DNA from: Chiloscyllium plagiosum
Lineage: Eukaryota
Length of the DNA: 64,000 nucleotides
Direction: 5' to 3'
Assembly: GCF_004010195.1 (NCBI RefSeq)
Contig: NC_057759.1
Span: forward strand, 3,126,834 to 3,190,833
The notes below the pieces were generated by a model that worked only from the letters and a program-made list of their open reading frames with translations, had not been told where the DNA came from and searched no databases. Shown here one piece after another: positions 11,340-23,199 of this stretch (positions are counted from its first letter, which is position 1; every line of letters starts with the position of its first letter). A program made the position numbers and the translations under genes.

Positions 11340-11375
11340 ACTCCTGATGAATGGCTTTTGCCCGAAATGTCGATT
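11340..11375 (+). ncRNA. Minimal hammerhead ribozyme motif (degenerate) in Penelope tail
   Basis: CTGATGA-ATGGC(TTTT)GCCC-GAAA-TG-TC-GATT. Confidence 0.6.
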
Positions 11376-11471
11376 TTACTGCTCCTCGGATGCTGCCTGA
11401 AGTGCTGTGCTTTTCCAGCACCACTCTAATCTATACTCTGGTTTCCAGCATCTGCAGTCATTGTTTTTACC

Positions 11472-11752
11472 CATGTATTTGGAAAGGCAAGGACTGGTCG
11501 GGATAGTCAACATGGCTTTGTGCGTGGGAAATGATGTCTCACAAACTTGATTGAGTTTTTTGAAGAAGTAAGAAAGAAGATTGATGAGAGCAGAGTGGTA
11601 GATGTGATCTATATGGACTTCAGTAAGACGTTCGACAAGGTTCCCCATGGGAGACTGATTAGCAAGGTTAGATCTCATGGAATACAGGGAGAACTAGCCA
11701 TTTGGAGACAGAACTGGCTCAAAGGTGGATGACAGAGGTGGTGGTGGAGGGT
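11472..11752 (+). mobile_element. CR1 LINE ORF2 fragment, right part of the element split at 7406
   Basis: SQHGFVRG, LIEFFEEV...VDVIYMDFSKTFDKVPHGRL. Confidence 0.92.
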
Positions 11753-12310
11753 TAACTGTTGGGGATTGTTTAATTACCTGTTCTTTCCATCTGCCTGCTT
11801 CAGTTCTGTTGTCTCGTTCCCATCATATTCTGAGTGAAATAAAATGCACTGATTCATGGGGAGGCGATGGCTTGGTGGTATGATTGCTCCATGGTTAATC
11901 TAGAAACCCAGCATACAGTTCCGGAGATTTGGGTTCGAGTCCTGCCATGGCAGTTGGTGGAATTTAAATCCAAAGATTTTAAATACAACTGAAATTAAGA
12001 GTCGACTGATGACCATGAAAACATTGTCTAAAAACGCATTTGGATCATCAATGCACTTTAGGGAAGGAAATCTACCATCCCTACCTGGTCTGGCTGACAT
12101 GTGACCCCAAGCCACAGCAATGTGGTTGACTCTCAACCGCTCTCTGAAATGGCTTAGCAAGCCCCTCCATTGTCTCAATCACTGGAATGTCACAACAAAG
12201 AAATGAAACCAGACGGATCATCTGGCATCCGCCTTGAAACCGGAAAAGACATTGGCATAAACACAAACGGTCCTGCCGACCGTGCAAAGTCATCCTTACC
12301 AACATCCTTA

Positions 12311-12635
12311 TGGGTGGCACGGTGTGGCACAGTGGTCAGGACTCCTGCCCCAGAGCGCCAGAGACCCGGGTTCACTTCCCGCCTCAGGCGACTGACTGTG
12401 TGCAGTTTGCACCTTCTCCCCGTGTCTGTGTGGATTTCCTCCGGGTGCTCCGGTTTCCTCCCACAGTCCAAAGATGTGCAGGTAAGGCGAATTGGCCATG
12501 CAAAATTGCCCGTAGTGTTAGGTAAGGGGTAAATGTAGGGGTATGGGTGGGTTGCGCTTCGACGGGTCGGTGTGGACTTGTTGGGCCGAAGGGCCTGTTT
12601 CCACACTGTAATGTACTCTAAATCTAATCTAATCT
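12311..12635 (+). mobile_element. HE1/V-SINE-type tRNA-derived SINE with CR1 tail
   Basis: tRNA-like head GGCACAGTGGTCAGGACT...CCGGGTTCACTTCC, V-domain GGGTGCTCCGGTTTCCTCCCACAGTCCAAAGATGTGCAGG, CR1 tail GGGCCGAAGGGCCTGTTTCC and (TCTAA)n end. Confidence 0.92.
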
Positions 12636-12639
12636 GCAG

Positions 12640-12755
12640 GCTTTTGCCCGAAACGTCGATTTTGCCTGTCCTCGGATGCTGCCTGAATTGCTGTGCTCTT
12701 CCAGCACCACTGATCCAGAATCTGGTTTCCAGCATCTGCAGTCATTGTTTTTACC
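12640..12755 (+). mobile_element. 116-bp Penelope pLTR tail insertion
   Basis: GCTTTTGCCCGAAACGTCG...GCAGTCATTGTTTTTACC, flanked by the 17-bp direct repeat TCTAATCTAATCTGCAG (12623-12639, 12756-12772). Confidence 0.9.
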
Positions 12756-15667
12756 TCTAATCTAATCTGCAGACGAGTAGCCAAAAGTGGGAGAGCTGTC
12801 TCACAGATGAGTCAAGCAACAGCCTGACATCGTCATTCTTACGGAATCGTACTTTACAGATAACACCCCAGACACAACCATTACCATCCATCGATATGTC
12901 CTATCCAACCAGCAGGACAGACCTAGCAGAGTTGCATACCATTGGGAGGGTGTTGCCCTGGGCGTCTCTGACACCGACTCTGGACACCATGGAGCCTCAT
13001 GACTTCAAGTTAAACATGAGCAAGGAATCCTCTTACTGGTTATGACATACCATCCTTCTTTGGATGATGAATCAGTACGCCTCCATGTAGAACAGCACTT
13101 GAAGAAAGCACTGAGGATGGCAAGTGCGCAAAATGTACTCTGGGTGGTGCATTTCAATGTCCACCACATAGAGTTGCTCGGCAGCTGCATTACTGATCGA
13201 GCTAGTCGGGTCCAAATGGATAGAACTGCTAGACTGGGTCTGCAGGAGGTGGTTAAGGAAGCAGGAGGTGGTTAAGGAAGCAACAAGCGGGAAAGAGAAA
13301 ACAAACTTGACCTCATCCATACTTATCTGACAGCTGCAGAAGCATCTGTCCATGACACTATAGGTAAAATTTACCACTGCCCGTCTTGTGGAGACATAGT
13401 CCCCTCTTCACATCGTTTTGCGTGGTACTATCACAATGCTAAATGGGACAGACTTCGAACTGGTCTAGCAACTCAAGACTGGGCATCCATGAGGTAATGT
13501 GAGCCATCAATAGCAGCAGAACAGTACTCCAGCACAATCTGCAAACTCACGGCCTGGCATATTCCACACTCAACATTTACCATCCAGCCAAAGGATCAAC
13601 TCTGGTTAAATGGAGAGTGTATGAAGGCATGCCAGGAGCAGAATCAGGCATATCTAAAAATGAGGCGTCAACATGGTGAAGCTCACAAACAGGACCTCTT
13701 GCGTGCCAAACAGCATAAATAGCAAGTGATTCGCAGAGCTAAATGGTCGAACAAACAACAGATGGGATCTGAGCTCTGCAGTCCTTTCTCATCCAGCCAT
13801 GGATGGTGGTGGACTATTAAACAACTCACTGGAAGTCGAAGGACCACAGATAACCCCATCCACAATGATGGAGGAGCCGAGAACTGCATTGCAAAAGATA
13901 AGACTGATACATTCGCAACAATCTTCAGCCGGACTGTCGACTCGAATATCTAGCTCGGGATTCTTCAGTTGACCCCAGCATCACAGATACTATTCTACAT
14001 CCAATTCGGTTCACTCCATGTGAGAGGCTCCAATCAATCAAGTGGAGGAGTAATCGGTCTACTCTCTAACATTAATAAAGTGATGGACGGTGTCATCAAC
14101 AGTGCTATCAAGCAGCACTGCTCAGCAACAAACTCCTCAGTGTCACCCATTTTGGTTTCGCCAGGGTCATTCAGTTCCTAATCTCATTACAGCTTGGGTT
14201 CAAACATGGACAAAACAGCTGAATCCAGAGATGAGATGAGAATGACAGCCCTCGACATCAAGATCGCAGTTGACTGAGTATGGCATCAAGGAGCCCTGGC
14301 AAAAACTGGATTCAATGCGTATCGGGGGCAAACACTCCGCTGGTAAGAGGAATATGGCTGTGGTTGTGGAGGGTCAGTGATCTCAGATCCAGGGCATCTC
14401 TGCAGAAGTCCTTCAGGCTAATGTCATAGGCCGAACAATCTTCAGCGACCTTCACGACATCATAAAGTCGGACGTGAGGGTGTTTGCTGATGATTGCAGT
14501 GTTCAGCACCATTCGCAACTCCTCAGACTCAAAAGTGCTCCGTGCTCAATTTCAACAAGATCTGAACACTATCCAGACTTGGTCAGACAAGTGGCAAGTA
14601 ACATTCGTGACACACAAATGCCACACAATGACCTTCATCAGTAAGAGACACTTTAACCACCACACCTTGACATTCTACGGTATTGCCACCACCAATACAT
14701 CCACTGTCAACATCCTTGAGGTAACAATTGACCAGAAACTCAACTGGACTCATCACATAAGCACAGTGACTACACGAGCCGATCAGAATCTCGGGATATT
14801 GCAGCAAGTAACTGTCCTCCTGACACCCCAAAATCTATCAACAATCTATACGGCACAAGTCAGCAGTGTGATGGAATACTCCCCACTTGCCTGGATTGGT
14901 GCACTCCAACAACACTCAAGAAGCTTAACACCATCCAGAACAAATCAACCCGCTTGATTGGCCTCATATTCACAAACATTCGATCCCTCGACCCCCAGCG
15001 CTCAGTAGCAGCTGTGTGCGTTATCTACAAGAAGCACTGAGAAATTCGACAAAGTTCCTTAGCGCTTTCCAATCCCATGACAACTTCCATCTTGTTGGAC
15101 AAGGACAGCAGGTCCTTGGGAACACCAACAACTGCAAGTTCCACTCCACTTCACTCACCAGCCTGACTTGGAAATATAACTCCATTCCTTCACAGTCGTT
15201 GTGTCAGACTCCTGTAATTCCCTCCCTATCAGCCTTGTGGGTGACCCACAGCAAGTGGACTTCAGCGAATTAAGAGGTCAGCTCACCAACACCTTCTCAA
15301 GGGCAAATAGGGATGGGCCATCAATGCTCATAGACAGCGAGCCCAAGACTCAAAAATGAATTTAAAATATAACAATGGCATTCAACACTGTTTACAGACT
15401 TAATAATTGGACAGAGATAGACGTACCAGGGACATCAACAATAGCGAGGAGTGGACAATAACCTGCCTGAATTATCAGCAGTACAACTTCTATCTGTAAT
15501 ATTAACTACAAACTGTCATGAGAATGCCAGGAAAAGCCCAAAAATAATTTCCTTTCTATTGTACCATTCCAGTTTACTGTTCTTAAATTCTGATTCATTG
15601 TTGGATAATTCAAACTATTCTCACTCTTATCTCTTCTCTCCCTTTTTTTGGGAACTGCCTATTCCAG

Positions 15668-16110
15668 TGGTATGGATAATTATGTATTTGATACAATTGG
15701 ATAAGACATTTGAGGAGACCCTTTATTAAGAGAAGAGGGAAACGCTCCCGTAACACGATTAGGATCTTTGGAGATTGAACTCAATTGCAGACCTGAACAA
15801 ACTTCTACCTTTCCATACAAACATATTTGGTATGACAACAATACCTGGTCTTTTGGGGATATTGATATCACTAGCTATTGGCCCTGTCCTCCACCTCCAA
15901 AAACTCTGCTAAAGTTAGAGATGTTATTGAAAGGTGATGCTTTCTCTTTCTCTGGAGACTTTGTTGTGTTGTCCACATACAATGTTCAATGTAACTAACT
16001 TTCCAAGAACTGATTAAAAGCTTGTTACGATATTAAAGTCTCATCCACCACAACAACTATCGATGTAAAGACTGTTTCTGGGTACAAATGCCCTGAAGAG
16101 AAGGGGCGGA
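15668..16110 (+). pseudogene. Possible decayed exon encoding a perforin-type C2-like domain
   Basis: After an acceptor-like CTATTCCAG, one frame reads MDNYVFDTIG*DI*GDPLL...KHIWYDNNTWSFGDIDIT...LKLEMLLKGD...STYNVQCN*LSKN*LKACYDIK. By eye this recalls perforin GLWGD / VWDNNNP..DFGDV / LRLQVWD / HEVRCNLNHGHLKFRY. Four stops. Confidence 0.3.
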
Positions 16111-17819
16111 GTGAGTGGTAGGGAGAATGAGGACGCTGGGCGAGATAGATAAAGAGCACAGGATTTATAGAGTTTAGAATAGTTCAGAATGCTATGTAGT
16201 GGGCATCTCCATAGGAAATGTAATCAATGAGAGATTTCAGGGCCAAATAAATGCGTTGCGTCTCTCCTTGGCATTTATCCTGACCTTTCTACACTTCTGA
16301 CTTCGTGGCAATTTCTCTCTCTTTCTTTCCCTGTCTCCGCTTTCATTTCTCTCCTGAGTTATCACTATCACTCTTCGCTCCTACTTAGTTGATGAGAGAC
16401 AGCGTTTGTGCAATAACGTTAGAGACATGTTTCTAGTAAGTATTGAGGGTTGGTGTGCAACGTGGACAGGGCAGGTTTCCATCGCTTCGCTGGATCATTC
16501 TACTTGCATTGCATCATCATTCTCGCTCTGTCTACAACAGTACCTCACTGTTTAAAATCTCTATATCTCTTCTTCCATGTCTGCCATATTCTTATCGCCT
16601 TGTGTTCACTCTCTCTCCCACTCTCTCTATTGGGCTGTCCTGTTGATCTTTGCTGGCACTCACTGTGACTTCCACATTAGAGTGTGGAACCTATAGAGGG
16701 AAGGCATTGTATTGAATGGAGATACTGATTGCTTTTCATTTATGGTGGTTGGGTAATGAGGAACAATGCAGGAGAGGCAGTTCGGGAGGATGGGGAGGGG
16801 GATGAAGTTTTAATGTGGAGGGCAAATACACAGAGGAAATTTTCCTACTTAATTTCTGAGGACAAGATGAGACAGTGTTTGACTGAGAGTTGGCAGTGAC
16901 AGAATGAGAGAGATTGACAAGGCCGTTGCAGGAGAAGCTGACTAAGATTGACATTGAAGGTATTACAGAGATTAGAGAGATAGACAGGAAGGATATGAGG
17001 GAGGTTGAGAGAGATTGTCGGGGAGGGTATGAGACAGACTAAGCGAGAATGACAGGGAAGGAATGAGAGATGCTCTGAGAGATTGAGAGGAATAATATGA
17101 GACGCACAGAAGACATGGAGACAGCGCGAGGATGGCAGGTGTGGGGCCGGGGAGGGTATCATGGATTGTGCAGCCCCATAGGAAGGATAATCGATAAGAC
17201 TGTTCAGGGACATCTGACAGGTGGAAAATCAGATACCAGCTCTTTCACAGCTTGGGATTTGCACCTCTACCTTTCTCCCCTATAAATGACAGACTGGGAA
17301 ATTCCATCCCTCCCACGGATTGTACACAAACGGAATTGTACATGGATGGAGATTGAGAGGGCATTTAAATACGGTAGGTAGGAAATGGGGAAGTGGAGGC
17401 AGTCCTGTTAGTGGAGGCAGTCCGGTGAAATGAAGCAACATATGTGATGGCAATCGAACAGTGAGTCATATTCAAGAGGAAGCAAGGTCTGATACAGATT
17501 TGACCATGAAGGTATGAGAGTGGTTGGGACAGAGAGAGGGAGAGTTTGACAGGAAGGAGACAGAGAAAAATAGATTAACATGACACAAGAACAAGGAGTG
17601 TAGCACGGGGCAAGGTAACATGGAGTTAGCTTGCCACGTAGGAACTGTATTAAATGAGACTTTTGAGGAGCTGTTTCTCTGGGATTTTTCTTTCTACATT
17701 TCTTTCTTTTCTCTGTAGGCTCTCACTTACAATTTATCTGCCTTTCTGTCGCACCTTCCCTGTGGATCGTTGGTTTCCTGGTGTTTCCTTCCCTCTCTCC
17801 GACCACGTTTAGAAAATTG

Positions 17820-19095
17820 AACATAGAACAGTACAGCAGAGGAGAGGCCCCTCAAAACTTGATGATTTGCTGACTTTTTATCCCACTCTTTCTGACTCTA
17901 CTACCGCTGCTGTCAATGCGTTCCATGTACTCACCACTCTCTGTATAAAGAACTTATCTCTAACATCTCTCTTGAACCTTTCCCCAATCACCTTAAAAAT
18001 ATTCCCCCTTGTGATGGCCATTTCATTCCTTGGAAAAGTCTCAGACTATTCACTCTATCTATGCCCCTCATCAGCTTCTTCGCTCCAAAGAGAAAGGTCT
18101 TAGCTCCCTTAATCTTTCTTCATAAGACATGCCCACCAGTCCAGGCAGCATCCTGGTAAATCTTCTCTGTATCCTCTCTAAAGATTCCACATGCTACAAA
18201 ATGAGGCGAGCACAACTGAACACAATGTTCCAAGAGTGGTCTTACCAGGGCTATATAGAATTGCAACATAACCTCACGGCTCTTAAGCTCAATCGTCGTT
18301 AATGAGAGCTAACACATCATTCACCTTCTTAACAACCATATTAAGTTGAGTAGCAAGCTTGTGGGGTCTGTACAGTGAAGAATCCTACCTTTATCCCTAT
18401 ATTCTACATTCAACTTTCCAAAATGAATTACATCACACTTTTCCATTTTGAACTCCATCTGCCACTTATCAACCAAGCTCTGCTCGTGCCAATGTCCCTT
18501 TGCACCCTACAACAGCCCTTCACTCTATCCACTAGTCCACCAACCTTTGTGCCTCCGGCAAATTTACTAAAACCCGCTTCCATTTTCTCATGCAAGCAAT
18601 TTCTAAACACTTACAAGAGCAGAGGTTCCAGAACAAATCCCTATGAAAAAGCACTCATCACTGAACATCTACTACCACCCTCTGCTTTCTGTGGGCCAGC
18701 CAATCCTGTAGCCAGACAGCCAGATTCCCCTGTATCGCATGCCTCATTGCTTTCTGAATGAGCATACAATGAGGAAACTTATCAAACTCCTTGCTTAAAT
18801 TCAATTACACCACATGCTTTACCTTCATGGATGGATTTTGTTGCATCTCCAAATATTTTAATAAGGCCCCTCTCAAAGCCATGCTGACTATTTCTAATCA
18901 AACTACGTTTTTCCAAGTAATCATACCTCCTGTCTTTCAGATCCCTCTCTAATAATTTGCCCACCAAAGACTGAATACTCTGTAATTCCCAGGATTGTTC
19001 ATATTCACTTCCTTGGAAAAAGACTCACTAACACTCTCCATCCTCTAATCATCTGGCACCACTCCAGTGGGCAGTGAAGATGTAAAAATATTGGC
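17820..19095 (-). mobile_element. Old CR1 LINE ORF2 3' half
   Basis: VVGKLLE...IRNSQHGF, SKFAGGTKVGG (FADD decayed); 3' tail with AACATAGAACAGTACAGC. Confidence 0.88.
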
Positions 19096-19099
19096 CAAA

Positions 19100-22000
19100 A
19101 GGAAAAAATGCCTTACTCTTTCAGACAAATACACCTGCCAGTATCCTCTGACCAAGTCCAACTTATAAATGCAAGTTGCATGTCTCATCTGTTCGATACA
19201 GTCTTCCAAACGGGGAACAGGATAGGATACATTGACTTTGCGATCGCCCACACATAACTGTTATGTACTATCTGACTTTGGCACCATTACTATTGGTGAG
19301 CGCCAGTCACTGCAACTCACTTCAAATATGTCATCTTGGAGCATGCTTTCAATCTCCTTTTGAACCTGTGCCAACTTTAGGAGGTTAGGCATACAAGGAT
19401 GTTTCTCAATCAGAACACCATTTCCTATGTATATATCATGTATAACTAGGTTAGCATTTCTTAGTTTATTTCCACATACCTCCCCATGTGATAGCAATAA
19501 CTCTTACAGGTCATTTCGATTTTCCTCTGAAAGGTAATTCAATCATTTATCTTAATTTTTGACAAACTCATCATTATTCAATTAATTTGAGAAATGTCCA
19601 ATTTCGATTCCTCTAAAGTTCATTCATCACTCTGTGTTGTAATTGATAAAATATTCTCCTTTTGCTTTGTTCCCCGTCAAAATGCCTTTTGGTCATCTTC
19701 ACGTGACACACGCTGTGAGATTTCTTTCTGCCTGCAGTCGTTTTCAAGTAGTCACCTCCATTAATCTCGTTTCGAGTTGATAGGGTCCACTACACATTAT
19801 TTTAAAGGTTCATTTGCTACAGGAAGTAACACTAACACCTTATCTCCGAGAGCAAAATTGCAAGTTGTTGATTTCTTGCCTCCTTCCGATTTCATTGCGT
19901 GCCGTGGTACTTTTAAATGTTGTGTCAACAACTCTCCCGCTCTATTCCACCATTCCCTAAAATTTGACATTGAGTCCTAATATGCGGTCTCTGAATTTTG
20001 ATTTACCAATTTCTCCTTAATCAATTTTAGCAGTCCTCACACTTCATGCCGAAAACTAATTCAACTGGACTGAATTCCATCTATTCATATGGTCCATTTC
20101 TAATGGCAAAAAGGTCAAACGGACTTCCTGCATACCAATCACGTGGTTAGTTTAATGCTAAGCGCTCAACAAATTATTTTATGTCTGATTCAAACTTTCT
20201 CACGCTCTCTGTGATTCTGGAAAGTGCGCAATGGATTTGAATTGTTTCATTCCCAAGCTGGCTATATTTTCATTGAAGTACGTTGATTGAATATTGACTC
20301 TTCATCTGATTGTATCTCTGTGGATAATCCATATTTGGTGAAACATTCGAGTAACCCCTCTATAAAGATTTTAGTTTTGATATTACGTAATGGAATTACT
20401 CTGGAAATCATTCTTGTGAACAAATACTCTTTCCCACTTTTTCTTTGTTTTAGATAAGTGTCCTACTCAATTAGTTCGATTTCTTGTAAGAGGTTACTCA
20501 ACTACAAGAATGGGTATTAAAGATACACGTTTTATTACTGTCTGTGGCTTCCCAATTATCTGACAGGTACGACATGTCTGGCAAAATTGAAGTACATCCT
20601 TGTACAGTTTAGGCCAATAAATATTTTTGTATTTTAGCTTCTGCATTTAGCTTTCTTACGCTAATCTGTTATTGGAAGTTCACGTGCTACCCGCAAAACA
20701 TGCTTTCTATAACATGACTTGATGAATTTCCGTTCATTTCTCATCTGCTTGAATATGTGGTGGTCTCCAAATCCTCATTCAGACTTAATTATTTGGAAAT
20801 TAGCACTCAGGGATTTATTCAGATTTTGTCCTGTGTATGCCCTTTGTTATAATTGTTTTATTTCTCATCAGTCTTCTGTAACTCAGTAACTTTCTCTGAG
20901 CTAAAAGTGTCTGCTTTGTCAGACATCTGCTCTTACTTTGTCTGGACCATTTGACCAAATAGGATCTCTTATCATTCCAAATCAACTTTCTTATTTGTAC
21001 TATTTGATCTCTCCTGTTCCAACTGGTCAGTTTGTGACCTCGTTATCACACATTCAGGAAAAATCCCAGGATATGTTTCCAGTTGCCTGATGTTCCACTG
21101 CGTTTTCAAACACAGTAGGCAGCACTCCTACCGTTAGCAAGGACAAATTGTATTCCTGGAGCTAAGAGTTGGTTCAGTACTCTTACGACGACGTCTCCAC
21201 CCTTCAAAGAACTCCCCAACTTCACTCTGAGCACTTGTCTCGTCCTGAAAAGTTCTCACTGGAACATTTTCTGGCAATAGTCCTTCAGAGGTGTATACAT
21301 CAATATTTGAGAGGACGGTGTATCTCTTATAGTTGCAACCATTTCCTTTTTAGTCATGGCCTATGTGACTAAACATTTCCTTCGTAAGAATACGGTTTAT
21401 GAAGATCTGGCACTTCGTCCTTGACCAACTTCAGACTAGATTGTACATTCTGGTGCAGACTGTTAGCCTCCAGTGTGCTTGCCATTACAACAATAACAAA
21501 ATTCACTGGCTTATCCTTTTTTTTTCTTAGTGGCTTCCTGGTACTTTTTGAAACCCATCCACACTGTCATTTCACGTGGCCTACTTTATTGCATTGAAAT
21601 CACCGGCAATTTTAAACTCCTCTTTCCAATTCAAGAGTTTCCTTTTTATACTGTAAGTTATCTTTATGATCTTCAACGTGATCTATCTTTCCTTTAATTT
21701 GTGAGGATTTCTCTTTTTCAGAATTTCTATCCCTCAATTAATGAAGCTGATGTTTGAAGCCAAACCTTAATTAATGAACCAATTAATAATCATCAGCCAT
21801 TGCAGCTACTAATCTGTCCATTTTAAATCTCTGGTCTTCAACATGAGTTCTGACTATCTCAGGAAGAGAATTTTTGAACCCCAAACTTATTGCTTCTCCA
21901 AGACCTTCATAGGTTAACTCTATTTTTAAAAACCATATCCAAATTACGTTGTTTGATCCTTTCAAACGCAATGTAGGTTTGACCAGCGTCCCACCTTAGT

Positions 22001-22426
22001 TTCCTGAAACGTTTTCTGTTGACTTCTGGCACAAGCTCATGTGCACTTCAAATAGCTTTCTTCATCTCCTCATATGCACACCAGATACCACATCTGATCA
22101 TGACCCGAATACCTCACTAGCATTACGTTCAAGTTCTGTTTGGATCAACAAAACCAACATAATCAGTGGCCACTTCATTCTATTAGCCACATATTGAAAA
22201 TGTATGAAAAAGGCTTCCACATGCTTTTTATCAACTTTTTGCAATGCTTGAAAATGTTGAAAGTGATCCCCACCAGAACGGTGGATTTTCTCATCGTCAC
22301 TCTCTTCCTCACTAACCTTACCTTCAGCCTTCATCTTCATTCTTTTAAGCCGACTTTCCTGTCAAAGTGGCAATTTCTGAAGTTCAAATTCACTCTTTTT
22401 TTTTCCTTTCTCTCTCATTCATTCTC

Positions 22427-22467
<41 letters not shown>

Positions 22468-22600
22468 TCTTTCACGCTGTATCTTTTTGTTCTGCTAGGG
22501 CCTTTTGTTCTTTTGCTCTTCTGCCAATTCCAGTAGCTTTTCGTTGTTCACCATTGATAAAGCCTTTAAAGTCACTTCTTCCACCCCTTCTGGACTGAAA
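19100..22600 (-). mobile_element. Gmr1-type Ty3/Gypsy LTR retrotransposon internal region (gag-PR-IN-RT), decayed
   Basis: Minus-strand order: gag (VEAFFIHF..VANRMKWP; FKNSLPEIVRTHVED..AAMADDY, ~22300-21780), integrase (YWPKLYKDVLQFCQTCRTCQ ~20620-20560; IPLRNIKTK..FTKYGLSTEIQSD ~20400-20305), then RT (EIESMLQDDIFE..SDWRSPIVMVPK; YPVPRLEDCIE..KLDLVRGYWQV). Confidence 0.88.
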
Positions 22601-22739
22601 AAGCAATTACTTCAAGATAGAGTTAGCTTTAATTTTATATTGAAAGAGTAAGGGCAGTTTTACTTACAGTTTGAAATTTTTGATTTAGATTTGCTTTCAT
22701 TGTGAAGGAAAATAGAGTGATTTGAAGAATATCTAACAT

Positions 22740-23170
22740 TACGCTGAACACAGTTTGTGTGTTTGAAGAGGGCTGTCGGAGGGAAAGTTTTATTCTGCAT
22801 CTAACCCAAGCTATACCTGTCTTGGGAGTGTTTGATGGGGTCAGTATGGTTTAAGCATTGTTCTGTATATAATTCCGTTACTGTCCTGCAATTATTCTAC
22901 ATCTATTCCATATCGCAATTCTGTATTTAAACGCATGTTGCACCTTTTTGACTATGCTTGTACCTCTCCTGGACGCCTTTGATTTACAGCATAATAGATT
23001 GGAGCTTAATTCTCCTTCAAACTCTTGCCTAGCCCGCCTTTCATCCTTAAATGTGGGGCAGCGCAGATGCAGCTTTATTCTGTATAGATCCCCGTACTGT
23101 ACCTGTCCTGGGAGTTATTTGGTGTGGAGTAATGTCGCTTGAGTTTTATTTTGTGTTTGATTTAATGTTT
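22740..23170. repeat. Degenerate minisatellite (TATTCTGTATCTAACCC...TACCTGTCCTGGGAGTGTTTGATGGGG-type units)
   Basis: Recurring ATTCTG(C/T)AT..AA(C/T)CC..TACCTGTC(C/T)TGGGAGT motifs at ~22790, ~22860 and ~23075. Confidence 0.6.
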
Positions 23171-23199
23171 GATTGTCTGAACGTGAATTCCAGTTACGA

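Larger units (their letters stand above)
7407..11471 (+). mobile_element. Penelope-like element (RT + GIY-YIG endonuclease + pLTR tail), interrupted by a gap and other sequence
   Basis: RT motifs LSKGLTFIP, TIKPADKGGAVVV and FYLLPKIHKPDHPGRPIVS (8030-8890). GIY-YIG region FTCTSTNIIHCIRCSRCGLLYIGETGR (10800-10890). The 6-bp TSD CATGTA at 7401-7406 and 11472-11477 rejoins the host CR1. Confidence 0.88.
11858..15365 (+). mobile_element. Near full-length decayed CR1/L2-group LINE with tRNA-derived 5' head and a single EN-RT ORF
   Basis: A-box-like TGGCTTGGTGG (11868) and B-box GGTTCGAGTCC (11932). Endonuclease KQQPDIVILTESY (12812). RT ALDIKIAVD.VWHQGALAK and VFADD (14480), then WSDKWQVTF and IYTAQVSSVMEYSPLAW. 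Tail AAGGGCAAATAGGGATGGGC...AAATGAATTTAAAA. Confidence 0.85.

Noticed and set aside
11858..11945. tRNA genes (also 12311-12390, 49125-49180, 55050-55115, 57320-57386)
   Set aside because: A/B boxes are present, but there is no full cloverleaf and each continues into a SINE or LINE body.
13242..13279. 19-bp tandem duplication GCAGGAGGTGGTTAAGGAA
   Set aside because: Real, but a trivial local slippage in a dead LINE.
16400..17360. Candidate exons in the GA-rich region after the C2-like block
   Set aside because: No consistent splice pair or recognisable peptide on either strand.
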